Part shown: positions 47,510 through 56,351 of the stretch, one piece after another | Numbering within the stretch: position 1 is the first letter of the stretch | Layout of the letters: each line of letters starts with the position of its first letter | From: Minisyncoccota bacterium | GTDB taxonomy: Bacteria; Patescibacteriota; Minisyncoccia; Phycocordibacterales; UBA9973 | DNA length: 64,000 nucleotides | Direction of reading: 5' to 3' | Assembly (NCBI GenBank): GCA_041666225.1 | Contig: JBAYHJ010000003.1 | Span: 17,116-81,115 of the forward strand | The notes under the pieces: model-generated | What the model saw: the letters and a program-made list of their open reading frames with translations, nothing else | Told to the model about the DNA's origin: nothing | Databases searched by the model: none | Translations under genes and position numbers: made by a program

Positions 47510-48217
47510 TTATCTCATTATATTATTTTTATTTCCTATCCATGGACGAACTTGTTCTACAGTAAAAATATTATTTTCATCTATATCTCCAATAATTTTA
47601 ATTGTTTCTCCAATTTTTATTTGAGCTCTGCCTCCAACAAAAGCACTATCAATATCTATAATCCAAATAATACCATTTGAATCAATAATTTGGATTAAAT
47701 TTTCCTTGATTCCGATAATTTTTCCAGAAAGTAAACCATTCTCTGGATGAGACCAGAACTCATCTTTATCAAATATAAACCCCCTATACATAGGAACATG
47801 GTCCCTTAATGATTCTTCAATTATTTTTCCAGTACCGATTATGTTAAGTGTTGATCCTGCGACGATAGTTATTACTATATATACACATACGATTGTAATA
47901 GTCCGGTGTCTATATCCTAAAAATGTTTTCCTGTAATAATAATCTCCCAAAATAGTGAAGACCGCTAAAAAGACAAACCAAAAATATGGTATGGTTTTAA
48001 CAATAAAATTTAGACCAAATTTTTGATATAGATACCAGTCATTATTAAATAAAAGTGAAATTATCACAGAAAAAGAAACAGCTCCTACAACAATAGAAAA
48101 TCCAACGAGAGACCAAAAAATAACCCTCTTTAAACTAAAGATGTTTTTAGAAATTGGCTTTATGCCACTTTCTTTAATTCTTTGTAATGCTATTTGGCTT
48201 ATATCTTTATTTTCCAT
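47510..48217 (-). CDS. Putative anti-sigma factor (membrane)
   Basis: Overlaps the ECF sigma stop by 11 nt. About 4 TM segments. Confidence 0.4.
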   Translation of the reverse strand: MENKDISQIALQRIKESGIKPISKNIFSLKRVIFWSLVGFSIVVGAVSFSVIISLLFNNDWYLYQKFGLNFIVKTIPYFWFVFLAVFTILGDYYYRKTFLGYRHRTITIVCVYIVITIVAGSTLNIIGTGKIIEESLRDHVPMYRGFIFDKDEFWSHPENGLLSGKIIGIKENLIQIIDSNGIIWIIDIDSAFVGGRAQIKIGETIKIIGDIDENNIFTVEQVRPWIGNKNNIMR

Positions 48218-48779
48218 TTAATTTCTCATACTCTTCCTTAAAGAGTTTCTTACCTCTTAATATTAAATTTCCCACAGTACTTATTGGTTTTTTTAAAATA
48301 TCTGAAATTTCTACATAATCTTTTTCATCCAAAAAACGTAAAACTAAAACCTCACGATATTTCTTATCTAATTTTGAAAGAGCTTCATCTATCTTTTCTT
48401 TATCAAAAGAATTATCAATTTCTTTCTCTATATTAAAAGCATCTTCAAATCTATCGATATCTTCTTTTTCAAAAGGAATTGTAGGCCGAACTACTTTTTT
48501 TCGTATTTCACTTACGGTCTGATTGTGTGTAATACGATATATCCAAGAAGAAAATTTTAAATCCTTGTCAAACTCATTTAAATTATAATAGACCTTAACA
48601 AAAACATCTTGCAAAATATCCCCAGCATCTTCCCGACTAAGTTTAGAAATTCTCATGATGTAATACAGCAACTTACTTTCATATCTTCTAATCAAACACA
48701 AAAAATGATCTGGATTGTCGAGTGACAATTCGACCAGTTCATTATCTGTTTTGTTGATGCAATATTCATGGTTTACCAT
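48207..48779 (-). CDS. ECF-type RNA polymerase sigma factor
   Basis: Sigma-70 region 2 (ILQDVFVKVYYNLNEFD..FSSWIYRITHNQT) and region 4. Confidence 0.8.
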   Translation of the reverse strand: MVNHEYCINKTDNELVELSLDNPDHFLCLIRRYESKLLYYIMRISKLSREDAGDILQDVFVKVYYNLNEFDKDLKFSSWIYRITHNQTVSEIRKKVVRPTIPFEKEDIDRFEDAFNIEKEIDNSFDKEKIDEALSKLDKKYREVLVLRFLDEKDYVEISDILKKPISTVGNLILRGKKLFKEEYEKLNGK

Positions 48780-48872
48780 TATCTATATATTATACGCACA
48801 ATTAAGTATTTTTGTCGCATTAAAACAAAATAGGCTGATAAATGCTTATTTATCAGCCTATTTCAAGATGTA

Positions 48873-49610
48873 TTATTTTACTTCTTCTTTTACAATTGTC
48901 TCTATGGAAGTTTCTTTTGGTAAATCTTTCACAACTTCAAATGGAGCAGGGCTTGCTGGTATTTGTGATTTAAATTTTACAAATTCACGATACATCATAA
49001 TCATAATCATAAACCCGACTGGATAAGTAATTATTGATCCTACAAAAAATGCAATAATTCCCAACAACATAAATAGCCCTATTAAAAAACTCTTCCAAAA
49101 TAATTTCCAACCAAAACCTTTCGTCATTCCCCAAGCTTCTTTTATACTTGCTCTCCCCCCTTGATTTTTTTCAACAGAAATATATGATGAAAAAACTAGA
49201 CGTCCTAAAACATAAAACCCTGGAATTACAAATAAAATAAATCCAGCCAAAACGCACAAAGCAAGGAGAATACTAGTTTTTATAAAATTCCAAAATTGAA
49301 CTAAAGTTGGAAGTGCTTCTTTTGAAAAAAGATTGTGTTCTTTTTTATCTAAAATACTAAAAATCAAACGTATCCATACATAGGAAAGAAAAAAAGAAAC
49401 CACAAGGACCAAAAATCCTAAGACTGGATTATCTTTCTGCCCCACAAATTGAATTGCAAAAGTTGCCAAAGTTATTATTAATAAAGTACTAAAATGCTCT
49501 TTATATAAAACCCATGCTTCTTTTATTTTTTCTCCGATTTTAAATGTAAATTCCATAAAAATTTTAATTAATATTAAAGTCTCTATATTATAGCATGTTG
49601 TATCAATCAA
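48873..49610 (-). CDS. Polytopic membrane protein (hypothetical)
   Basis: 245 aa with about 6 TM segments. Confidence 0.45.
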   Translation of the reverse strand: MIDTTCYNIETLILIKIFMEFTFKIGEKIKEAWVLYKEHFSTLLIITLATFAIQFVGQKDNPVLGFLVLVVSFFLSYVWIRLIFSILDKKEHNLFSKEALPTLVQFWNFIKTSILLALCVLAGFILFVIPGFYVLGRLVFSSYISVEKNQGGRASIKEAWGMTKGFGWKLFWKSFLIGLFMLLGIIAFFVGSIITYPVGFMIMIMMYREFVKFKSQIPASPAPFEVVKDLPKETSIETIVKEEVK

Positions 49611-49920
49611 AACACCAAGACTTGCTAGACTTATAATTTAGTAGTATAATATAATAGAACCTTAAAATATATATATTATGGACAGAATAAAAAAAATATT
49701 ATTCCATTCTATAATAATTACAATTATTATTTGTTATAGTTGTAATGAATTCGGCTTTGTTTTTCTTCCTATATGGGCAATAGCCCTAATTACATTTTAT
49801 GTAAGCCTTATCGTTTTTATTTTTATCGCAAGCTTACAAAAAGAAGAATCCGGTTTATAAAAATTTGTTTTTAATAATCTAAAAAAGCCGCGTGATAAAC
49901 GTGGCTTTTCAATTGATAGT

Positions 49921-50277
49921 TTATTTTGTATCATAGTAAAACTTCTCACTTACAATTTTACCATTCTCCCATCTCTGAACTGCAACTTGTGATCGTGCTG
50001 AGCGTCCCCAGTCTTTGTGAGTAATATCCATAAATGATTCAACTGTTGAATAATTATCTCCTGTCGCTATTCCTAATGTCTTTCCACTATGGAATTCTAC
50101 GATTCCTTCAACAAAGGCTTTTTCATATTCTCTATTTGCATCTTTACCGACACGAATCTCACCTTCGTTTTCTTGCATGGTAACATTGTCAGCATAATAC
50201 TTTTCAAATGCTTCTAATATTTTCCCTTCGTTTACCATCTTCACTAAATCTTCTATTTTATCTTTTATATTGTTCAT
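49921..50277 (-). CDS. SnoaL-like / NTF2-fold protein (hypothetical)
   Basis: 118 aa with a pattern consistent with the SnoaL_2 fold. Confidence 0.4.
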   Translation of the reverse strand: MNNIKDKIEDLVKMVNEGKILEAFEKYYADNVTMQENEGEIRVGKDANREYEKAFVEGIVEFHSGKTLGIATGDNYSTVESFMDITHKDWGRSARSQVAVQRWENGKIVSEKFYYDTK

Positions 50278-50280
50278 AAT

Positions 50281-50556
50281 TTATTTTTCGTTTAATTTAA
50301 TAATTTTTCCTTCAATTAATGCGACTGTTACTTTTTTATAAGCCAATACCAAAATTCTCTGAAAAGTACTTTGAGAAATACCCATTTCTTTTGCTGCACC
50401 TCTCTGGCATAAATTCTCAATATTCTTCAACCTGAGAGCTTCCGCTTCTTCAGCATCAATATAAATAATTTTTTCAGTTCTACAACAGCCTTCTGGTTTA
50501 AACTCACTATACTTAGGTTGAAAACTAATTTTTTTATCACATTTTGGTCTGACCAT
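50281..50556 (-). CDS. DUF134/UPF0251 family predicted DNA-binding protein
   Basis: MVRPKCDKKISFQPKYSEFKPEG...ALRLKNIENLCQRGAAKEMGISQSTFQRIL, a sigma region-4-like HTH. Confidence 0.7.
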   Translation of the reverse strand: MVRPKCDKKISFQPKYSEFKPEGCCRTEKIIYIDAEEAEALRLKNIENLCQRGAAKEMGISQSTFQRILVLAYKKVTVALIEGKIIKLNEK

Positions 50557-50567
50557 ATAATTTATTT

Positions 50568-50627
50568 GAATTCGTAATTCGTAATTCGTAATTCGTAATT
50601 CGTAATTCGTAATTCGTAATTCGTAAT
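50568..50627. repeat. Tandem heptanucleotide repeat (AATTCGT)x8 in the DUF134 gene promoter/5' region
   Basis: Eight perfect head-to-tail copies read directly, 12 nt upstream of the DUF134 start. Confidence 0.9.
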
Positions 50628-50709
50628 TCGTAATTTTCTTTTTTCCTTGCTTTTAAACTCGACCTAGTATATTATGAATATATACCCATAACTAATAAAA
50701 GTCAAATTT

Positions 50710-51348
50710 ATGAATGAACAAATAATAAAGGCCTTAAATTGGCGCTATGCCACAAAAATATTCGACCCAACTAAGATAATATCTGAGGATAATTTACATA
50801 CAATTTTAGAATCGGCTCGCTTATCCCCTTCATCTAATGGTATTGAGATGTGGAAATTTATTGTTGTGACAAATAAAGAGATTCGTGAAAAATTACGTGC
50901 CGTAAGTTTTGATCAACCCAAAGTGACCGATGCTTCTCATATTATTATCATTACATATAGAACTGATTCAGAAGAAAATTTAGCTAAAGAAAGAATAGAA
51001 CGTACAGCTAAGATTCAAAATGATGGCTCAAGTAAATTGACCAGCTTAAAAACGATGCTTGAAAATACTGTCGCTCAAAAAATAAAAGATGGAACACTAG
51101 AAACTTGGATTCAAGCTCAATCATATATTCCACTTGGAATCATGATTGAAACCGCAGCCCTCTTAGGAATTGACGGCGGACCAATGGAAGGATTCGAACC
51201 AGACAAAGTTGATGAAATATTGGGACTTGCAGAAAAAAAACTAAAATCAATCACTATGTTCGCTATCGGATACAGAGGTGACGACCCTGCTAGTCTCCGT
51301 CTAAAAGTCCGCCGAAATTTTGATGACGTTGTGGAAATAATAAAATAA
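50710..51348 (+). CDS. Nitroreductase-family NAD(P)H flavin oxidoreductase
   Basis: ALNWRYATKIFDP...LESARLSPSSNGIEMWKFIVV. Confidence 0.8.
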   Translation: MNEQIIKALNWRYATKIFDPTKIISEDNLHTILESARLSPSSNGIEMWKFIVVTNKEIREKLRAVSFDQPKVTDASHIIIITYRTDSEENLAKERIERTAKIQNDGSSKLTSLKTMLENTVAQKIKDGTLETWIQAQSYIPLGIMIETAALLGIDGGPMEGFEPDKVDEILGLAEKKLKSITMFAIGYRGDDPASLRLKVRRNFDDVVEIIK

Positions 51349-51413
51349 AACCTTTTTTATTTAATTACATATTTAAGCGATAGCGTAAATATGTAGTGAG
51401 CTGAAAAATATTT

Positions 51414-52886
51414 TTATTTATCTAAATCAAGAATTTCATCAATACGAATTTGTTCGACAAATTCGGGGGTGTGAGAGACGAGAATCATGGCTCCTTGGTA
51501 TTCAGACAGGGCTTTGGCAATTATAGGTAAATGACGGAAATTTATATGGTTTGTAGGTTCATCGAGAATCAGTAACCCTGGGCGAGTAAGGACAAGCTGA
51601 GCAAAGGCTACAAGCCCCTTCTGGCCCTCAGATAAGCTTCCAATCTTTGTATGGACCATATCACCAGTTATAAGGAAACCTGCAACTGTCGAGCGTATAG
51701 CCTCTTCGTTGACCCTTCCAGAGACTTTTCTCGTAGTTTCAGCTAAAGATTCATAGACAGTGTCATTAAAATTAAGAGTTGAGAAATCTTGACGATAATA
51801 TCCAATTCTAACATCAGGATGAATTGTTATTCCTTCAGCATCACGCTTGGCAATTAACTCTAACAGTGTACTCTTCCCTATGCCATTTGGACCAGATAAA
51901 AGTAAGTGTTTATTTTTGCGAAGTTTAATTCCGGCTTTTATTTTTTTGATTTTCTGATTTTTAAATATTGAAACTGAAGAGAAATTTACAATGTCACCAA
52001 TAATATTTTCTTGAACAGGAATAGTAAATGGCCGAATAGTTTTATCTTCTTTACGAACATCAACTTTTTCTTCTTCAAGTTCTTCTGCCAAATCGCGCAT
52101 GCGTTTAGCCACGGCACGAAGATTTCCCCCTTTCATAGCAAAAGCATTAGCTTGCTCTTTCTTTGCTAAAATTTCTTTTGATAAAAGTGCATTCTTACGA
52201 TTCTCTCTCTCCATTCGAGCTGTGATTTGGTCGCGTACATCAGTATAGTTACCAACATATTGTTCAATCTTTAAAGTATACACATCAAGGTAAAGCACGG
52301 CATCGGTAAATTTATTTAAAAATTCTGCATCATGGGAAATAACGATGACTGTCTTTTTATACTTAACTAGAAAATCAGTCAAATGAGCAATTCCGGCTTT
52401 GTCTAAATTATTTGTTGGTTCATCCAAAAGTAAAATATCTGGCTCTTGAATCAAAGCTGAAGCAAGAAGAAGTCGTGCTTGTTGCCCGCCAGAGAATGAT
52501 GAAATAATTCTTTCGTGAACTTTTTCATGCCCTTTTAGATTTACGATCTCAAGCACATCATCAATCCGTGGATCAATATCATAAATTTTTTGTGAAAAAC
52601 ATTTTTCAAAAAATTCTCGCACAGTTAAGGAAAGTTCATCTCGAGGAATAACTTGGCGAGATAGTGCAATTGTTGTTCTCTGCGCTTTATTAATAATTCC
52701 ATCTTCTGGCTCTCTTTCTCCTGTAATTAAGGAAAAGATAGTACTCTTACCAGCACCATTTTGACCCATAATAGTAACCTTCATTCCACGACGAATAGAA
52801 AAATCTACCCCATCTAGTATCGGTTTATTGTGACCATATTCAAAGGAAACCTTTTCAAAACGTATTACTACTTCTCCGTGAGCCAT
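51414..52886 (-). CDS. ABC-F family ATPase (tandem ABC domains, no TMD)
   Basis: Two Walker A motifs (GQNGAGKST; GPNGIGKST), two signature motifs (SGGQQAR; SEGQKGL) and a linker. Confidence 0.85.
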   Translation of the reverse strand: MAHGEVVIRFEKVSFEYGHNKPILDGVDFSIRRGMKVTIMGQNGAGKSTIFSLITGEREPEDGIINKAQRTTIALSRQVIPRDELSLTVREFFEKCFSQKIYDIDPRIDDVLEIVNLKGHEKVHERIISSFSGGQQARLLLASALIQEPDILLLDEPTNNLDKAGIAHLTDFLVKYKKTVIVISHDAEFLNKFTDAVLYLDVYTLKIEQYVGNYTDVRDQITARMERENRKNALLSKEILAKKEQANAFAMKGGNLRAVAKRMRDLAEELEEEKVDVRKEDKTIRPFTIPVQENIIGDIVNFSSVSIFKNQKIKKIKAGIKLRKNKHLLLSGPNGIGKSTLLELIAKRDAEGITIHPDVRIGYYRQDFSTLNFNDTVYESLAETTRKVSGRVNEEAIRSTVAGFLITGDMVHTKIGSLSEGQKGLVAFAQLVLTRPGLLILDEPTNHINFRHLPIIAKALSEYQGAMILVSHTPEFVEQIRIDEILDLDK

Positions 52887-52988
52887 ATAGGTTATTACTT
52901 TACATCATTTTTGCTTAAATTGAAAGGCTTTTTGTATTTCTAGTTATTTATGCATATGCGTAAATAAATAGAAAATTAGAAACATAAT

Positions 52989-53408
52989 TTAATTAAGAGT
53001 AAATTTATTATTTTTAAGTTCCTTTCTAATCTCTTTAAAATCAGGGATAGTCTTTGCAACTAGGTTCCAAAAGTCACTAGAGTGATTAAATTCTTTTAAA
53101 TGACAAAGTTCGTGAACAATAATATAGTCGGCTGTTTTGGATGGAAGTAAAGCTATTTTGTAATTAAAATTTAAATTTCCCGCTTTAGAACAACTCCCCC
53201 ATCTTGTCTTTTGATTTTTAATAAAAATTCTATTCCATTTATAATTATAAAATTTATTAAAATATTCAATTCTATTTACCACAATTTCTAAAGCTTTTCC
53301 TTTGTTTTTTAAATAGTTTTGAGAATTTTTTTTCTTTCTTTTTGGGACACGAGTTCTAAAACGAATAAAATATTTAATTTTTTTATTTAGCTTTATAAAT
53401 TGTTGCAT
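52989..53408 (-). CDS. YgjP-like (DUF45/M48-related) zinc-dependent hydrolase
   Basis: IIVHELCHLKEFNHSSDFWNLV (HExxH...NHS..FW). Confidence 0.6.
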   Translation of the reverse strand: MQQFIKLNKKIKYFIRFRTRVPKRKKKNSQNYLKNKGKALEIVVNRIEYFNKFYNYKWNRIFIKNQKTRWGSCSKAGNLNFNYKIALLPSKTADYIIVHELCHLKEFNHSSDFWNLVAKTIPDFKEIRKELKNNKFTLN

Positions 53409-53688
53409 TATTTTTTATTAAATTAAGTTTATCTGTTCTGTTAAGTTTTTTTATTTCATTTTCTCGAGCTCTAGCTTCTTTGTAAGTCTCAATTTCTTCG
53501 TGATATCTCAAAGTCACGGGTCGACGGATTTTTGTATAATGAGCACCACTCTTTAGATTATTATGTTTATATAATCTTTTTTCTAAATCATTTGTCGAAC
53601 CAGTATATAGGCTTTTATCTGCACATTCTAAAATATAGACGAAATACATAATGAAAGTATAGCATTTCTTAACATACACAGAAAACAA
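53383..53688 (-). CDS. GIY-YIG nuclease-domain protein (UPF0213-like)
   Basis: YFVYILECADKSLYTGSTNDLEKRLYKHN...ENEIKK. The likely start is an internal Met. Confidence 0.7.
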   Translation of the reverse strand: MFSVYVKKCYTFIMYFVYILECADKSLYTGSTNDLEKRLYKHNNLKSGAHYTKIRRPVTLRYHEEIETYKEARARENEIKKLNRTDKLNLIKNNATIYKAK

Positions 53689-53690
53689 AA

Positions 53691-53720
53691 GCCCTCAGTT
53701 GAGGGCTTTTGTTAAAAATT
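53691..53720 (-). terminator. Terminator after the Zn-ribbon/KAPV-tail gene
   Basis: AAAGCCCTCA-GT-TGAGGGCTTTTGTT. Confidence 0.65.
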
Positions 53721-53723
53721 AAA

Positions 53724-54275
53724 TTATTTCTTCTTTTTTGCTACTACTTTTTTTACAGGAGCTTTCACTGTTACAGCTTTTTTTGCAACAGCTTTTACAA
53801 CTGGAGCTTTTTTGATTTCAACTTTCTTTACTTCGGCAACCTTAACTACAGGTTTTGATTCTGTTTTAGGTGTAATTAATTTTTCTATTGCACTTGTAAG
53901 ACGATCAAGTTTTGTACTTATTTCACTTAATTGTTTTGAAACACCGTCATTTGATGGCATTGTTGCAGGTTTAGTAAATGATGGAGCTTGCCTATCACTA
54001 AAATCTCTTTTATGTCCATTATCTCTAAATTCACGTCGTGGGGCACGATCGCCGTCATCACGCTTATTACTAAAACAATCTGAACAGTAAACAGGTTTAT
54101 CACCTGATGGACGGAAAGGAACTTCACAACTCTTGTGACATTCATCACAAGTTGCTTTGTGCATTGAAACTTCTCTTCTGTCTCCTCCACGATTGCCACC
54201 AAAACTTGGTCTGCCACCACCATTACCACCCCTAAAACCACCTCCTCTATTACCTCCTCCTTGAAAATTTCCCAT
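53724..54275 (-). CDS. RGG-box / CxxC-x17-CxxC zinc-ribbon protein with a histone-H1-like Lys/Ala/Val/Pro-rich tail
   Basis: N-terminal GNRGGGFRGGNGGGR; CDECHKSCEVPFRPSGDKPVYCSDCF; C-terminal KAPVVKAVAKKAVTVKAPVKKVVAKKKK. Confidence 0.55.
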   Translation of the reverse strand: MGNFQGGGNRGGGFRGGNGGGRPSFGGNRGGDRREVSMHKATCDECHKSCEVPFRPSGDKPVYCSDCFSNKRDDGDRAPRREFRDNGHKRDFSDRQAPSFTKPATMPSNDGVSKQLSEISTKLDRLTSAIEKLITPKTESKPVVKVAEVKKVEIKKAPVVKAVAKKAVTVKAPVKKVVAKKKK

Positions 54276-54416
54276 AAATTATATTATTGTTACCTCTCTA
54301 ATCCTAGACAAGTTGTTATTATTATATTTGAATACTAGCCTTTTTATCCTTAAAAAGCAAGAAAAAATAAAATCTCCTCAGATTTCTCTGGGGAGATTTT
54401 ATTTTAAGAGCTTACG

Positions 54417-54533
54417 CAGCAACTTCTTCAGATACTTCTTCTTCTGTTGGAGTTTCAACAGGAGCTTCAACTACTGTTTCTTCAACTGGAGTTTCTACAG
54501 TTTCTTCAACTGTTTTTATTTCTTCATCCATAT
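54417..54533 (-). CDS. Possible small acidic repeat peptide (38 aa: MDEEIKTVEETVETPVEETVVEAPVETPTEEEVSEEVAA)
   Basis: ATG..TAA ORF translated by hand. A TAGTATAAT -10-like box lies about 15 nt upstream, with no clear Shine-Dalgarno. The plus-strand 97-aa ORF covering this region is Phe-rich antisense junk. Confidence 0.2.
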
Positions 54534-54626
54534 TTTTAAAAAATTAGATTATACTAAAACGACCCTCGGAGTATACTACACATATTCTATTTATACTAAC
54601 TTTTAAAAATAAAGATTGCTAATCAA

Positions 54627-55631
54627 TTAATCATCTTCATCTTCGTGTTCAAATCTTGATTTTACTTCTTTGAAGATATCATCTTCTTTCATGGAACTTT
54701 CAGAGTTAAGTAGCTCAATATATGCTCCAGCTGAATCACCTTCTAATTCCTTTTTTTCTGCTTCATCTAAAAAGTTTTTTGCTTCATTAAATATTTGATC
54801 CACGTCATCATTATTTATATCTTCTATCTCAGAAATACTAATTGAAGTTGTCGTATTTTTATTGGCTTTTGAATTAATCTTGGCCTTAACAATATCTTTC
54901 TTTTTATTATATTTATCAGAAATATCATCTTCTTCATCATCATCTTCTTCTTCATTTTTTATACTGATTTTTACTTTATCTGCATTTGATCTAGCTGTTT
55001 TAGAAATCTGATTGTCTATGGTATCAAAATCTAATTCATTGTCTTCGGCCATTATAATATTTAAAACACGAGCATGAGCATTCATTTCTGCTTTAAAATT
55101 AATAGCAATTTCATCGGCCTCAGTTGATAAATTTTCTTTAGTCACTTTTTCAAGTTCTTTATTTAAAGAAATACTGTGTTTTTCTAAAAGATTATTTAAT
55201 TTTTTTTCTTTTGAATCATCTAATTTTCCAGAAGAGGCCAACATTTCAGCTTCAACTAAACGCTCTGTAGCTAGGTTGCTTTGATATTTGGCTTTAGATT
55301 TTGACGAAAAAGTGAAAGCTCCACGAATAGGTTCTACGACACTAACTTTGATGGGATAGAGGACGTCTTCCGGTAAGCTTTTTTCTGAAGCGAGAACGAC
55401 TCCACTACTTGTAAGAATAATAACTAAAGGAACAACGACATAATAAACCAACTGACTTTTGTGTATTTTCAACATAAAAGAATAACCAAACCAAGGGCTT
55501 TGAACTCTTTGTTGTGGGATATTAGAATTTAAAATACGATCAAAAATCTGCTTTTTTTCATCAGTAGTCATCATTATCTTTTTAATTTCTTTTATTCCAT
55601 TGTTTAAATTTTTATGTTCCATATTATTCAT
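54627..55631 (-). CDS. Putative anti-sigma factor (single TM, acidic coiled-coil-rich extracytoplasmic domain)
   Basis: Overlaps the upstream ECF sigma by 8 nt. One TM segment near residues 60-80. Assigned by position. Confidence 0.4.
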   Translation of the reverse strand: MNNMEHKNLNNGIKEIKKIMMTTDEKKQIFDRILNSNIPQQRVQSPWFGYSFMLKIHKSQLVYYVVVPLVIILTSSGVVLASEKSLPEDVLYPIKVSVVEPIRGAFTFSSKSKAKYQSNLATERLVEAEMLASSGKLDDSKEKKLNNLLEKHSISLNKELEKVTKENLSTEADEIAINFKAEMNAHARVLNIIMAEDNELDFDTIDNQISKTARSNADKVKISIKNEEEDDDEEDDISDKYNKKKDIVKAKINSKANKNTTTSISISEIEDINNDDVDQIFNEAKNFLDEAEKKELEGDSAGAYIELLNSESSMKEDDIFKEVKSRFEHEDEDD

Positions 55632-56169
55632 TTTGATTTATATCATCATTATATCCTGCTTTTTTCTTTAACTCCAATAACCCTCTATTTATCCTAACTG
55701 ATGCAGCATTGGCTGATATTCCTAAGATCTCACCTATTTCTACCGGGGATAAATCTTCTACATAACGAAGATAAACTGGTTGTCTGTAACTTGGAGTTAA
55801 TTCACTAATTTTCTCTAAAAGATATCTCCCCTCTGCTTTAGTTTCAAGTAAAGAGGTGGACATTTCATCTGAAGGATCATACCCCATCTCTCCTTCGTTA
55901 AAAATAGCATCATTCATCTTAAAAAAAGGGATACTCTTCTTTTTTCGATACCAATCAATAATCAGATTACGAGTTATTGTAAAGAGAAAAGCTCTCGTAT
56001 TAAGAATTTCTTTTCCACTTAATAGATTTTGCCATAATCGCAAAAATGTCTCTTCGGTAATATCCATAGCCTGCTCACGATCGGATACTCGAATAAGGCA
56101 AAACCGAAAGATTGCATCTGCTTCATTTTCATATATCTTTTCAAATGTATTTTTAATATCTGCCTTCAT
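55624..56169 (-). CDS. ECF-type RNA polymerase sigma factor
   Basis: Region 2 (AIFRFCLIRVSDREQAMDITEETFLRLW...FLFTITRNLIIDWYRKKK) and region 4 (LSPVEIGEILGISANAASVRINRG). Confidence 0.8.
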   Translation of the reverse strand: MKADIKNTFEKIYENEADAIFRFCLIRVSDREQAMDITEETFLRLWQNLLSGKEILNTRAFLFTITRNLIIDWYRKKKSIPFFKMNDAIFNEGEMGYDPSDEMSTSLLETKAEGRYLLEKISELTPSYRQPVYLRYVEDLSPVEIGEILGISANAASVRINRGLLELKKKAGYNDDINQNE

Positions 56170-56238
56170 ATAGTACGACGTATAAACTACCTATTTCTTA
56201 CATCTCTTATTTATTTACAATACAATAATAAATCAACA

Positions 56239-56302
56239 ATGTCCACGTAAGAAAAGGATAACTTGGTACGTCTACTCTAATGTTTGGTCGTGTGTTTAAT
56301 AT
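56239..56302 (+). promoter_or_regulatory. Conserved ECF-like promoter/leader element (ATGTCCACGTAAGAAA-N14-CGTCTA...TCGTGTGTTTAAT), copy 1
   Basis: Matches 59765-59825 with identical spacing. CGTC-type -10 motifs are typical of ECF sigma promoters. Confidence 0.45.
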
Positions 56303-56351
56303 TTCCTAATAATAAACACATATTATTAACATAATAAAAAAAATTATTAAA

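Noticed and set aside
50568-50627. Possible CRISPR array, considered because of a short direct repeat array
   Set aside because: The units are 7 bp and perfectly contiguous, with no spacers and no cas genes nearby. It is a microsatellite-type tandem repeat, not a CRISPR array.
54313-54606. 97-aa Phe-rich plus-strand ORF
   Set aside because: It is the antisense reading of the GAA/GTT-rich acidic repeat. Its composition (F/Y/N/S) is typical of AT-rich noncoding or antisense translation.
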